The notes: a model not told the origin generated them from the sequence alone. A DNA stretch of 32,000 bases from Mycolicibacterium smegmatis (GCF_001457595.1 NZ_LN831039.1:4830001-4862000), one strand, 5' to 3'; positions 20,527-30,187 are shown, counted from the stretch's first letter. Made by a program: numbers and translations.

Positions 20527-21774
20527 TCACGCCGGCATCGGGCGCGCCGCCGCCTCGAGGAGGTCGGCCGTCATCCTGACACTGTCCGCCGGCGTCGTCA
20601 TCTCGTCGGCGATCTGCCGTGCCCGAAGCGCGGCCCGCGGCGTCAGCACCGTCTGCAGGCCCGCCAGAAGCGAGTCGGGGGTGACCTTCGAAAACCGTTC
20701 TGCGGTACCGGCTTGCAACCGTTTCACAGCCGCCGCCCAGACCGGCTGGTCCGCGCCGACCCAGAGGATCAGCGTCGGCCTGGCGGCCCGCAGGCCCGCC
20801 GCGGTGGTACCGGCACCACCGTGGTGCACGACCGCGCGGCACAGCGGGAAGATCTTGGCGTGGTTCACCGCGCCGACCACCTTGACGTGATCGCTCTCGG
20901 GTATCGCGTCGAGGTTCCACGCGCCGGAACTGATCAGGGCGCGCTCCCCGAGCCGGGTGCACACAGACGAGATCATCGTCACAGCGTCGGCGGGAGATTG
21001 CACCGGCATGCTGCCGAACCCGAAATAGATCGGCGGCTTTCCACTTGCGGCCCAAGCTGTCACGTCGTCGTCGGTATCGGTGGGAAGTTCCAGCGTCAGC
21101 GCCCCGACAAAAGGACGTGTTCCTCGCCACTCTTGCCGCAGGCCGGGAAAGAACACCTCGTCGTACGCCTGGATCTCCAATGTGCCACTCGAGACGATCC
21201 GGTTCACCGAGCTGGATCTGGCGGGCGCAAGCCCCAATTCACGTCGCTGAGCGTCCTCCGCGCTTTTCAGGATCTGCCAGTAACCCCACTCCGCCACCGC
21301 CCACATCGGCTCGACGATTCGCCCGGGTAGCCGGATCGGAAGAATCTGGCTATTGGCCCGGTGCGGGAAGTAATGCAGCGCTGCCAGCGGAATCTGTTCA
21401 CTCTCGGCGACATTGGCAACGACTTCTTGATACGTGGTGCCGGTCAACAGCACGTCGGCGCCATCGGCCAATGCGGCCACGGTGGCACTCATCTCGGCCC
21501 ATCCGCCCACCATGTATTCCCGGCCCTCGCGGATCGCTTTGACCGGATTGCGGATTTTCCAGAAATCGCGGAACGTGTCGGCATCCAATTGCTGTTGAGA
21601 ATCCACGCCGTAGGATTCCGCAGACAACCCGATACGTTCCACGAACGGAACGAGGTTGGGCGGCACCGCCATCCGCACCTCGTGGCCGCGGCGACAGAGC
21701 TCGGTGGCCACGGTTGCGCTCGGTTCGATGTCGCCACGGGTGCCGTGGATCGCCACTACAAATTTCATCGTCAT
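20527..21774 (-). CDS. GT1-family glycosyltransferase resembling mycobacterial glycolipid Gtf enzymes
   Basis: Internal start MTMKFVVAIHGTRGDIEPSATVATELCRRGHEVRMAVP at 21774 (or ATG at 21768). C-terminal CRAVVHHGGAGTTAAGLRAARPTLILWVGADQPVWA nucleotide-sugar binding motif. Confidence 0.87.
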   Translation of the reverse strand: MTMKFVVAIHGTRGDIEPSATVATELCRRGHEVRMAVPPNLVPFVERIGLSAESYGVDSQQQLDADTFRDFWKIRNPVKAIREGREYMVGGWAEMSATVAALADGADVLLTGTTYQEVVANVAESEQIPLAALHYFPHRANSQILPIRLPGRIVEPMWAVAEWGYWQILKSAEDAQRRELGLAPARSSSVNRIVSSGTLEIQAYDEVFFPGLRQEWRGTRPFVGALTLELPTDTDDDVTAWAASGKPPIYFGFGSMPVQSPADAVTMISSVCTRLGERALISSGAWNLDAIPESDHVKVVGAVNHAKIFPLCRAVVHHGGAGTTAAGLRAARPTLILWVGADQPVWAAAVKRLQAGTAERFSKVTPDSLLAGLQTVLTPRAALRARQIADEMTTPADSVRMTADLLEAAARPMPA

Positions 21775-21903
21775 CCCGGATTGCTCGGCAGGCGTGGGAT
21801 CCCCGAGGTGCCCGCCCGGACAACAGCACGCTATAAGGGACGGGCGCTTCCCACAAACCCCGCAAAACGTTGACGCAGTTGAGAAGGTCGCAATCCGTGT
21901 AGC

Positions 21904-24900
21904 ATGACGGGGATGTTCCGGCGCTTCGTGCCGCGAAATTGGTTGTCGCGGGTAGGATTCTCCGGTCTTGGGAGATTCATAGTTCGCCATCCCCTCGTAG
22001 TCATCGCCTCCTGGTTGGCGGTCGCGGGTGTGTTGCTGGCGGCTGTCCCTTCGCTGCCCGCAGTCGCCGAACGTAATCCCCCCGGCTTTCTGCCCGCCGA
22101 TTCCGAGGTGTTCGCCGCCGGCAATGCCATGCAGGAGGCATTCAACGAAACAGGCGGCGGAAATGTCGCGATCGCCATCCTCAGCAACGAGAACGGGTTG
22201 ACGCCGGCCGACGAGGAAACCTATCGCGCGCTGGTCGACAAGCTACGGGCCGACACCGAATACGTGTTGTCGACACAGGACTTCGTGACCATCCCCGAAC
22301 TGCGTCAGGTGATGACCAGTGAGGACAACAAGGCGTGGCAGTTGCCGATCAGCGCGGCCGGAACCATGGGCACCGCGGAGGGACAGAACGCCTACCGGCA
22401 GATCGTCGACACGGTCAAGTCCTCGACGGCCAACACCTCGCTTTCGGCCGAGGTGATCGGTCCGGCCGCGACGTTCGAAGACGTCGTCAAGATCGGCGAA
22501 CGCGATCAGCACGTCATCGAGATCGCCACCGTGCTGATCGTGCTGATGATCTTGATCATCGTCTACCGCAACCTCGTCGCGATGCTGCTCCCCCTCCTGA
22601 TGATCGGGATGGCCCTCGTGGTGGCCGAGCAGTCCGTGGCCGGTCTGGGTGCGATCCATCTGATCGGTCTGGGCCCGCAGACCCTGATGCTGATGACCGC
22701 CATGATGATGGGCGCGGGCACCGACTACGCCATCTTCCTGTTCAGTCGCTACCACGAGTGCGTACGTTCGGGGCTCAGTTCCGACGACGCCGTCGTCGAG
22801 GCGCTCGACTCGATCGGCAAGGTGATCGCCGGTTCGGCGGGCACGGTCGCCATCACCTTCATGGGGCTGGCGTTCACCGACCTCGGCGTCTTCTCGACGG
22901 TCGGCCCCGCGCTGTCGGTCACCATCGGCTTCGGGTTCGTCGCATCGGTGACCCTGCTGCCCGCGATGGTCGTGCTCGCGGGCCGCCGCGGCTGGGTCAA
23001 ACCCCGCAAGGACCTCACCGGCCGGATCTGGCGGCGCTCCGGCGTACACATCGTGCGCAAGCCCGTCATCCACCTCGTCGCCAGCCTCACCGTGCTGCTC
23101 GCGCTGGCCGGCTGCGCAATGCTGGTGAACTTCAACTACGACGACCGCAAGAACCTGCCCGACGATGCGCACAGCAACATGGGTTACGCGGCGCTCGACA
23201 AGCACTTCCCGGTGAGCAGCACCGTCCAGCAGTTCATCCTGATCCAGTCCCCGCACGATCTGCGCAGCCCCAAGGCACTGGCCGACATGGAGCAGATGGC
23301 CCAGCGCGTGAGCCAACTGCCCGACATCGAGATGGTCCGCGGCGTCACCCGTCCCACGGGCGAGATGCTCCAGGAGGCCAGGGCGACCTGGCAGGCCGGC
23401 GAGGTGGGCGGCAAGCTCAATGACGCGTCCACCCTGATCGACGCCAACGACGCGAACCTCTCCACGTTGAGCGGAGGCGCGCACAAGCTCGCCGATGTCC
23501 TGGGCCAGATCAGCACGCAGGTGACCAACGCGCTCGTGACGGTGCGGCCACTGGCCGGCGCGCTGGCGGACATGGAGACCAAGTACGGCGGCGAGAAGAC
23601 CCTCGACCAGATCGATCAGAGCGCCGAACTGGTGGCCAACATGCGCTCGCTGGGCCGCGCGATGGGCGTCAACCTCGCACGCATCACCGACGTGTACGAC
23701 TGGTCCGCGCCCATGGTGCGCGCCCTCAACGTCAGCCCGGAGTGCAACCTCGACCCGGCGTGCGCGGCGTCGCGGTCGGATCTGCAGCGCATCGTCGAGG
23801 CCAAGGACAACGGAAACCTCGACAAGTTCGCCGAACTCGGACGCCAGCTGGAGTCCACCGAAGGTGACGAGACCCTCGACGAGGCGGTCTCCGGTCTGCA
23901 GCAGAGCATCAAGGAGGCCACGGCGGCCGCTCGGGAACTGGGGCTCGAAGACGCGAGCAGCGTCAAGCGACAGCTCGACCAGTTGGAACAGGGCGTCAAC
24001 CTGCTCGCCGATTCCAGCCATCAGCTCGCACAGGGCGTGCAGCTGCTCGTCGACCAGACCAGGAACATGGGCCAAGGCCTCGACCAGGCCTCACAGTTCC
24101 TGCTCGCGATGAAGCGCGACGCGTCGGATCCGCAGATGTCCGGCTTCTACATCCCGCCACAGATCCTCACCCAAGAGGAATTCAACAAGGCCGCAGCGCT
24201 TTTCGTCTCACCCGACGGCCGCTCGGTCCGGTATCTGGTGCAGACGGCCCTCGACCCGTTCGGCACCGCGGCCATGGACCAGGTCAAGGACATCGTGAAG
24301 ACGGCCGAAAGCGCCCGTCCCAACACGTCTTTGACGGACGCGAAGATCTCACTGGTCGGTTTCTCGTCGATCCAGAACGAGATGCGCAACTACTACGACG
24401 GCGACCTCCGATTCATCATCACCGTCACCCTGATCGTGGTGTTCCTGATCCTCGCCGCGCTGTTGCGGTCGATCATCGCGCCGATCTATCTCGTGTTGTC
24501 CGTGGTCCTTTCGTACATGTCGGCACTGGGCATCGGTGTGGTCTTCTTCCAGTTCATCCTGGGCAAGGAGATCGTCTGGACCGTTCCCGGCATGGCGTTT
24601 CTGGTGCTCGTCGCCGTCGGGGCCGATTACAACCTGCTGTTGATCTCGCGAATACGCGACGAGGCGGCACACGGTATGCGCACGGCCGTGATCCGCACCA
24701 TCGGCGCCACCGGCGGCGTCATCACATCAGCAGGACTCATCTTCGCGGCATCGATGTTCGGCCTGACGTTCAGCAGCCTGCTGGCCGCCGTGCAGATCGG
24801 TTTCATCATCGGCGTCGGCCTGCTGCTGGACACGTTCCTGGTGCGCACCATCACGGTGCCCGCCGCGGCCGTGCTGATCGGCAAGCTCAGTTGGTGGCCG

Positions 24901-24966
24901 ACGAAACCCCCTGCCCCAGAGCCTGCCCCCACCGAACCGACGGTGGCACCCGCAGCCCAGGCGTGA
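21904..24966 (+). CDS. MmpL-family RND lipid transporter
   Basis: 1020 aa. RNPPGFLPADSEVFAAGNAMQEAFNETGGGNVAIAILSNENGL; GAGTDYAIFLFSRYHECVRSG; VTIGFGFVASVTLLPAMVVLAGRRG; second half VAVGADYNLLLISRIRDEAAHG. Confidence 0.93.
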   Translation: MTGMFRRFVPRNWLSRVGFSGLGRFIVRHPLVVIASWLAVAGVLLAAVPSLPAVAERNPPGFLPADSEVFAAGNAMQEAFNETGGGNVAIAILSNENGLTPADEETYRALVDKLRADTEYVLSTQDFVTIPELRQVMTSEDNKAWQLPISAAGTMGTAEGQNAYRQIVDTVKSSTANTSLSAEVIGPAATFEDVVKIGERDQHVIEIATVLIVLMILIIVYRNLVAMLLPLLMIGMALVVAEQSVAGLGAIHLIGLGPQTLMLMTAMMMGAGTDYAIFLFSRYHECVRSGLSSDDAVVEALDSIGKVIAGSAGTVAITFMGLAFTDLGVFSTVGPALSVTIGFGFVASVTLLPAMVVLAGRRGWVKPRKDLTGRIWRRSGVHIVRKPVIHLVASLTVLLALAGCAMLVNFNYDDRKNLPDDAHSNMGYAALDKHFPVSSTVQQFILIQSPHDLRSPKALADMEQMAQRVSQLPDIEMVRGVTRPTGEMLQEARATWQAGEVGGKLNDASTLIDANDANLSTLSGGAHKLADVLGQISTQVTNALVTVRPLAGALADMETKYGGEKTLDQIDQSAELVANMRSLGRAMGVNLARITDVYDWSAPMVRALNVSPECNLDPACAASRSDLQRIVEAKDNGNLDKFAELGRQLESTEGDETLDEAVSGLQQSIKEATAAARELGLEDASSVKRQLDQLEQGVNLLADSSHQLAQGVQLLVDQTRNMGQGLDQASQFLLAMKRDASDPQMSGFYIPPQILTQEEFNKAAALFVSPDGRSVRYLVQTALDPFGTAAMDQVKDIVKTAESARPNTSLTDAKISLVGFSSIQNEMRNYYDGDLRFIITVTLIVVFLILAALLRSIIAPIYLVLSVVLSYMSALGIGVVFFQFILGKEIVWTVPGMAFLVLVAVGADYNLLLISRIRDEAAHGMRTAVIRTIGATGGVITSAGLIFAASMFGLTFSSLLAAVQIGFIIGVGLLLDTFLVRTITVPAAAVLIGKLSWWPTKPPAPEPAPTEPTVAPAAQA

Positions 24967-24969
24967 AAC

Positions 24970-24986
24970 CCGCTGCGCCGCAGCGG
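24970..24986. terminator. Small GC hairpin between convergent mmpL and SDR genes
   Basis: CCGCTGCG-C-CGCAGCGG perfect inverted repeat just after the MmpL stop. The loop is too tight to form as written, and there is no T run. Confidence 0.3.
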
Positions 24987-24999
24987 ATCACGTAACGGA

Positions 25000-25776
25000 C
25001 TATTCGGCGGGCTCCCGCCCCTGCCGCCGACGGATACGCGGCGACAGCTGCACCACCTCGGGAACCACGGTCGGATTCTCGAATGCCGTCACGACCAGCG
25101 ACACCAGGGTGTTGGCGACATCGCCGAGCGCCGACATCCGCGCAGGCAGCGCCCCTTGTTCCACCCACAGCTTGAGCAACTGGTCGAGCAGGTCGCGATC
25201 GGCACCACGCAGGATCTCGGTGTCCTCGGTGGGGCCCACACCGACCCGGATGACCGACAACTCCGGATGCTCGCTGCGCCACGAATGCAGGATCTCGTCG
25301 AGGGCGGCCTTGCTCGCGCTGTAGGCGGCCACACCCGCTCGCGGACGGCCCACGTCGTGGCTCGACGCGATGAGCACCACGCCGTTGTCGGCCAGCCTGG
25401 GCACCGCGGCGCGCAGCACGTTGTTGGCGCCCAGCGTGTTGACGTTGAACGCGTGCAGCCAGGAGGCGACGTCGGTGTCTTCGATGTAGGCGAACGGGAT
25501 CACCGTGCTGGTGAACACCACGGCATCGAGACCGCCGAGGGCGTCGGCAGCCTCGTTGACCACCCGCGTGATCGCCGCGGGGTCCTCGACGTCGAGTTCG
25601 AACGCATGTCCCCCGATACTGTCGGCGAGGGTCTTGAGCAATTTGATACGCCGCGCCGCCACCGCGACATCGATGCCACGCTTGGCGGCACTTTCCGCGA
25701 CGGCGTGTCCGATGCCCGACGAGGCACCGACGACGAGGAGACGCAGGCCGGCCGCATCGGGTGGTTGGCTGCTCAT
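25000..25776 (-). CDS. Short-chain dehydrogenase/reductase (SDR family)
   Basis: 258 aa. GASSGIGHAVAESAAKRG Rossmann motif, LDVEDPAAI, and a YSASK catalytic motif (RAGVAAYSASKAALDEILHSWRSEHPELSVIRVGVG). Confidence 0.88.
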   Translation of the reverse strand: MSSQPPDAAGLRLLVVGASSGIGHAVAESAAKRGIDVAVAARRIKLLKTLADSIGGHAFELDVEDPAAITRVVNEAADALGGLDAVVFTSTVIPFAYIEDTDVASWLHAFNVNTLGANNVLRAAVPRLADNGVVLIASSHDVGRPRAGVAAYSASKAALDEILHSWRSEHPELSVIRVGVGPTEDTEILRGADRDLLDQLLKLWVEQGALPARMSALGDVANTLVSLVVTAFENPTVVPEVVQLSPRIRRRQGREPAE

Positions 25777-25947
25777 TCTTGTCTACCTACTTCCGTGCTC
25801 GTTACTGAGTGCGTGTTTTAGGTCACCCTTCGTTTCGGAGGACAGTACCGAACGCGATGAGTTCTGGACGCGAGGTGGGTCTGTACAGAGTCCGTGGATG
25901 TCGAAACGGAAGCCGACACGAACCACTTCAGACGCATAGGAGATCCG

Positions 25948-26673
25948 ATGACGACAGCGATACCTCCGGTGGTCGACCTCGAGACCTGGCGCGCCGCGCT
26001 CGGCGACCTGCGCAGGCGCGAGAAGGCCGCCACCAGAGAACTCGACGCGATCGCCGCGGCGCGCAGGCGCCTGCCCATGGTTGAGCTGCCCGAGTACACG
26101 CTCGTCGGCGCCGACGGACCCGTACGGCTCGCCGACATCTTCGCCGGCCGGTCGCAACTCATCACCTATCACCACATGTGGACCGACGGTGCCGAATGGC
26201 AGTGCGGTGGATGCACGGGATACACGTCGCAGTTCACACGGCTGGATTTCCTCGACAACTACGACGCCCGGTTCGTCGTCGTCACCAACGGCCCCATCGA
26301 CGAAGCGCTGCGGTACCGCGCCAAGGTCGGCAACATGATGGAGTGGTACTCGTCGTCGGAGAGTTCGTTCGGCGCCGACGTCGACGCCGCCCCCGGCGAG
26401 GGGTTCGCGGTCAACGTGTTCCTGCGGGTGCCCGATCCCGCGGGCGATCCGGACAGCGACCCCAAGAAAGACAAGGTGTACCGGACGTGGCACACCAACG
26501 GCCGTGGCACCGAACAACTGAGCCACACCTTCGCGCTCATCGACCTGCTGCCCTACGGCCGCCAGGAGCAGTGGCAGGACTCGCCTCAGGGCTGGCCGAA
26601 GCACCCCACATACTCGGGCTGGCTCGACAGTCCCGACATCGCCCGCCTCTACGGGGAGAAGGTTCAGGCATGA
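25948..26673 (+). CDS. DUF899-family thioredoxin-fold-like protein
   Basis: ATG at 25948 preceded by taggaga. MTTAIPPVVDLETWRAALGDLRRREKAATRELDAIAAARRRLPMVE...HHMWTDGAEWQCGGCTGYTSQF. The track start at 25894 is an upstream in-frame extension. Confidence 0.8.
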   Translation: MTTAIPPVVDLETWRAALGDLRRREKAATRELDAIAAARRRLPMVELPEYTLVGADGPVRLADIFAGRSQLITYHHMWTDGAEWQCGGCTGYTSQFTRLDFLDNYDARFVVVTNGPIDEALRYRAKVGNMMEWYSSSESSFGADVDAAPGEGFAVNVFLRVPDPAGDPDSDPKKDKVYRTWHTNGRGTEQLSHTFALIDLLPYGRQEQWQDSPQGWPKHPTYSGWLDSPDIARLYGEKVQA

Positions 26674-27140
26674 GCACCACGAAGCGTTACGTCGTCACCC
26701 GCAGGATCCACGCCGCACCGCAGGACGTGTTCCGCGTGCTGGCCGACCCGGCCCGTCACAAGGACACCGAACCGGGCGACTGGGTACGCGACGCGATCGA
26801 CCCGCAGCCCATCACGGACACCGGCCAGATCTTCGCGATCAACATGTTCCTCGAACAGGCAGGCGGCCACTACGTCATGCACAACCGGGTCACCGAGTAC
26901 GACGAGGACCGCACCATCGCATGGGAGCCGGGCCTGCTCGACGACGCGGGCAACCACTCGCCCGGCGGTTGGTTCTGGCGCTACGACCTTCAACCCGACG
27001 GGGACGCCACCGCGGTCACGCTGACCTACGACTGGACGGACACGCCGCAGAGTTTCGCCGATCAGATCGGCGGCATGCCACCGTTTCCCGAGCAGTTCAT
27101 CGCCGAGTCACTGGCCACGCTGGACCGCGCGGTGCGATAG
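26670..27140 (+). CDS. SRPBCC/START-like (polyketide cyclase/AHSA1-type) domain protein
   Basis: MSTTKRYVVTRRIHAAPQDVFRVLADPARHKDTEPG...TLTYDWTD. ATG overlaps the DUF899 stop (ATGA). The track ORF starting at 26178 is an out-of-frame overlap with DUF899. Confidence 0.75.
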   Translation: MSTTKRYVVTRRIHAAPQDVFRVLADPARHKDTEPGDWVRDAIDPQPITDTGQIFAINMFLEQAGGHYVMHNRVTEYDEDRTIAWEPGLLDDAGNHSPGGWFWRYDLQPDGDATAVTLTYDWTDTPQSFADQIGGMPPFPEQFIAESLATLDRAVR

Positions 27141-27143
27141 CGC

Positions 27144-28367
27144 TCAGATGCTGGCGTTGCCCGCGCGCCACTGCTCCCACGGGATGTTCCAGTCCCCCAG
27201 ACCGTCGGTGCCGGGAAGCAGCGAGCCGACGGTGTTGCGCACCTCGACGATGTCGCCGCGCTTGGTGTTCTCGTAGAACCAGCGTGCGTTGGCGGTGCTG
27301 ACGTTGAGGCACCCGTGGCTGACGTTGCTGTAGCCCTGGCTGCCCACCGACCACGGCGCGCCGTGGACGTAGATGCCGCTGTAGGACATCTGCGTGGCGT
27401 AGTCGACCTCGGTGCGGTATCCGTTCGGGGAGTTGACCGGAACGCCGTAGGTGGACGAATCCATCACGAGGTGTTCGTAGCGGTCGCCGATGATGTAGAC
27501 GCCGTTGTTGGTCGGCGTGCTGTTCTTGCCCATCGAGATCGGCATGGTCTTGACGACCTCGCCGTTGCGGCGCACCGTGAGCGTCTTGGTGTTGTCGTCG
27601 GCGACCGCGATGACCTCGTCACCGATCTTGAAATGGGTTTCGACGTTGTCCTGCCCGTAGAGGCCGTCGCCGAGTTCGACGCCGTAGGTGTTCACCTGTA
27701 CGTCGACCGTGGTGCCGGGCTTCCAGTACTCCGCGGGCCGCCACCGCACCTCGCGGTTGTTGAGCCAGTAGAAGGCGCCCTCGACCGGCGGCGTGGTCTT
27801 GACCGTGATGGCACGCTGCGCGGCCACCCGGTCGGAGATGTTCTCGTCGAACCGGATCGCGATCGGCTGGCCCACCCCGACGACCTCGCCGTTGTTGGGC
27901 AGCACGTACGGCATCGTCAGGTTCTGCGGCGAGTGCGTCTCGAACTGGATGCGGCGGTTGGTCACACCGCCCAGTCCGAGTGATTGCGCGACGAGTGTGT
28001 ACTGCTCGTTGTAGTCCAGCGGGTCGGTGGTCGACCACGTCAGCCCGTCGGGGCTGAGTGTGCCCGCGACGGGCGAGCCGCTCTCGTCGGTCATGCTGAC
28101 GCCGCCCAGAACTCCGTTCTCGGCGGTGACGGTCACGGGCGACTCGACGGTCACCCCCACCGCGCCGTCGGTCACCGAGGCGTTGACCCGCGGCACCAGG
28201 AGGTCACCGAAAGGCGTGCCCTTGTCGGCGATCACGGGCGCCGGACCGTCCTGTTCGTCCTTACCGCAGGCCATGAGACCGAACAGCAATGCGGGCACCA
28301 TGGCGACAACCGCCGACCGGAACAAACTCCGGCGCGGACGGATCACCGTCGTTACCTGCCCCATCAC
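27144..28367 (-). CDS. ldtB: L,D-transpeptidase (LppS/LdtB, LdtMt2-like lipoprotein)
   Basis: 407 aa. Lipobox-like LLFGLMAC near N-terminus; YkuD signature [23 protein letters not shown]; N-terminal Ig-like repeats. Confidence 0.9.
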   Translation of the reverse strand: MMGQVTTVIRPRRSLFRSAVVAMVPALLFGLMACGKDEQDGPAPVIADKGTPFGDLLVPRVNASVTDGAVGVTVESPVTVTAENGVLGGVSMTDESGSPVAGTLSPDGLTWSTTDPLDYNEQYTLVAQSLGLGGVTNRRIQFETHSPQNLTMPYVLPNNGEVVGVGQPIAIRFDENISDRVAAQRAITVKTTPPVEGAFYWLNNREVRWRPAEYWKPGTTVDVQVNTYGVELGDGLYGQDNVETHFKIGDEVIAVADDNTKTLTVRRNGEVVKTMPISMGKNSTPTNNGVYIIGDRYEHLVMDSSTYGVPVNSPNGYRTEVDYATQMSYSGIYVHGAPWSVGSQGYSNVSHGCLNVSTANARWFYENTKRGDIVEVRNTVGSLLPGTDGLGDWNIPWEQWRAGNASI

Positions 28368-28513
28368 GCTCCACCCCTTGCATACGGCTGTGCCGAACCA
28401 GTTCTTCGCACAAGTTTAATGGCAACTTCGCACCCATCCGCCGTGAGCGCTCGCACATGCTCTGGCCTGCGGATTTCACGCTTGGGCAGATGTCCTGTTA
28501 TTGTCTTCACCGC

Positions 28514-28589
<76 letters not shown>

Positions 28590-28598
28590 CATATCGCG

Positions 28599-28626
28599 AA
28601 AGGGCGGGCCGAGTGCCCGCCCTTTT
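28599..28626 (+). terminator. Rho-independent-like hairpin downstream of tRNA-Lys
   Basis: AAAGGGCGGGC-CGAGT-GCCCGCCCTTTT, 11-bp stem with 3' T run, 10 nt past the tRNA CCA. Confidence 0.85.
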
Positions 28627-28685
28627 GCTTTCGTCCTGCTCTTGTGAGTCCCGACCTTTCGGTCCACCGCGTGCGCTGACGTCCC

Positions 28686-28856
28686 TCAGCCGACGCGATA
28701 TCGGTCGGAGACGCTCTGCTCGGCCTCTTCCAGGAGCATCTCGACCGCGCCCGCCAGATGCGCCGCGGCGTAGCCGCTGTCGCGGTACTGCTCGCTCTTG
28801 AAGCGGTCGAGCTCCCGCCGCAGATCGCCCAGGGTTTCGTCGCTCACATGTGCCAT
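28686..28856 (-). CDS. Small 56-aa hypothetical protein (not in the supplied ORF track)
   Basis: Read from sequence: MAHVSDETLGDLRRELDRFKSEQYRDSGYAAAHLAGAVEMLLEEAEQSVSDRYRVG*, ATG preceded by a strong GGGAGG. Amphipathic, charge-rich composition looks like real protein. Confidence 0.65.
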   Translation of the reverse strand: MAHVSDETLGDLRRELDRFKSEQYRDSGYAAAHLAGAVEMLLEEAEQSVSDRYRVG

Positions 28857-29709
28857 AGGACCTCCCGACCCGTGCTGAGGGACGCGCCGTCGGGCCGCGG
28901 CGACGCCGCGCCGGCAAACGCCGGCGTCAATTCGACCGCGGGAAGCGGCATGATGTCTGCGGCAAATCCGAGGAAAATTTGCTGCACGACACGTTCCCCC
29001 TGATCACACGATTCATCCGTGTTGCAACTGCGCTTGAATTGTCGATCCGCTCCCCGCACCGGACCCGCCTTCGACCTTAGCTACACAGACTGGCAGTAGC
29101 AACCGTTCGAGCGATAACAGCCGATCACCCGCGGGCCGGTCGCCGACCCCCGCACCGGCAGCGGTTCGCCCGGCACAATCGGAAAACCGCTGCGCACCAC
29201 CGAAAAACAGCTTTGCCGATGCGGCGCACCTCGCCGGGCAGTGCGGTCGGTGCCGTCAATCGCCGAGCAGACGTCGACGTCCAGCAAACGTCGCGACCCC
29301 CATCACGCCTGCGAACACGCTTCACCGGCAACCGTTACACACTCGACCGTTCCACGACGTCGGCGAACTCGGCGTGTTCGCTGGACACCCGGGTTCGAGA
29401 CAAGTTCAAGATCAACACGACCCCCTGCGGCGATCCCGCCACGGATTCCGTACCCTTTGCCCATTTGCGGTGCCGATTTCCTCCGTCATACCACGTCACC
29501 AGCACTGAAAATGTGCTGTTATCAAGATCAAACACCGAGGTCACGTGCACTTTTGTATAATTACTGACGCTTACGAAAGTTACTATCCGGTTCCGAGATT
29601 CGGGACATAGCCTGGTCAGACCGCAGACATGCTGTTATTCTTAAGTTAGCTGACTTATAACGTCCAACTTCACACGCGGCGATCACGCCAGGATTCGAGG
29701 TATTAGCTG

Positions 29710-29871
29710 ATGACCACGGCAGGTAACCCGATACCCGCGGCGTCGCCCACCTCGCAGTTCGTTGCTGCCGATCAGCCGATCATGGTCTACAGCTGCAGCC
29801 GCCTCGGACGTGTCGCCAATCCTCCCAGTTTCTCGCTGGCCGGCTGGCTGCGAACCGGCCGGCGGCGCTGA
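29710..29871 (+). CDS. Possible 53-aa hypothetical ORF, very tentative
   Basis: ATG ACC ACG GCA GGT ... CGG CGG CGC TGA. No clear RBS or recognised domain. Confidence 0.2.
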   Translation: MTTAGNPIPAASPTSQFVAADQPIMVYSCSRLGRVANPPSFSLAGWLRTGRRR

Positions 29872-29906
29872 CCCGCCTGCGCATTCACCGGTCCACACAG
29901 TGAAAG

Positions 29907-29931
29907 AGCCCGCCGGTGAAACCGGCGGGCT
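29907..29931. terminator. Strong perfect hairpin (terminator candidate)
   Basis: AGCCCGCCGGT-GAA-ACCGGCGGGCT, perfect 11-bp stem with 3-nt loop, no long T run. Lies at the 3' side of the DUF3618-like gene. Confidence 0.55.
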
Positions 29932-29959
29932 AACACGTTGCGAGGCGGGTCGAGGCGGA

Positions 29960-30187
29960 TCAGTGCCGCTTGATCCGGCGCACGACCACGATCACGACGA
30001 TCGCGCCCACGCCCGCGAGTGACGCCGTCACCGCGGGCTTCCTGATGAACCCCACGACTGCGGCCCTGATGTCGTCGGCGACCCGTTGCGGGTTGGCACG
30101 CTCGGCCAGCGAGTCGACAGTCAACGCCAGCCGATCGCGGGCCTCGTCGATCTCGCGCTTGATGGTCTCCGGATCGCGGTTCGCCAC
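29960..30187 (-). CDS. DUF3618-like small single-pass membrane protein
   Basis: GTG start at 30187 preceded by gaggag: (V)ANRDPETIKREIDEARDRLALTVDSLAERANPQRVADDIRAAVVGFIRKPAVTASLAGVGAIVVIVVVRRIKRH. Confidence 0.8.
   Translation of the reverse strand: MANRDPETIKREIDEARDRLALTVDSLAERANPQRVADDIRAAVVGFIRKPAVTASLAGVGAIVVIVVVRRIKRH

Noticed and set aside
22243-24075. 610-aa reverse-strand ORF opposite mmpL
   Set aside because: Antisense to a strongly supported MmpL CDS; His/Asp/Arg-rich shadow translation with no domain signature.
26178-26669. Upstream extension of the SRPBCC ORF
   Set aside because: Out-of-frame overlap with the DUF899 CDS; the natural ATGA-coupled start is at 26670.
29213-29567. 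ORFs 29213..29560 and 29241..29567 in the large intergenic gap
   Set aside because: No recognisable domain, irregular composition, mutually overlapping in different frames and no convincing RBS.
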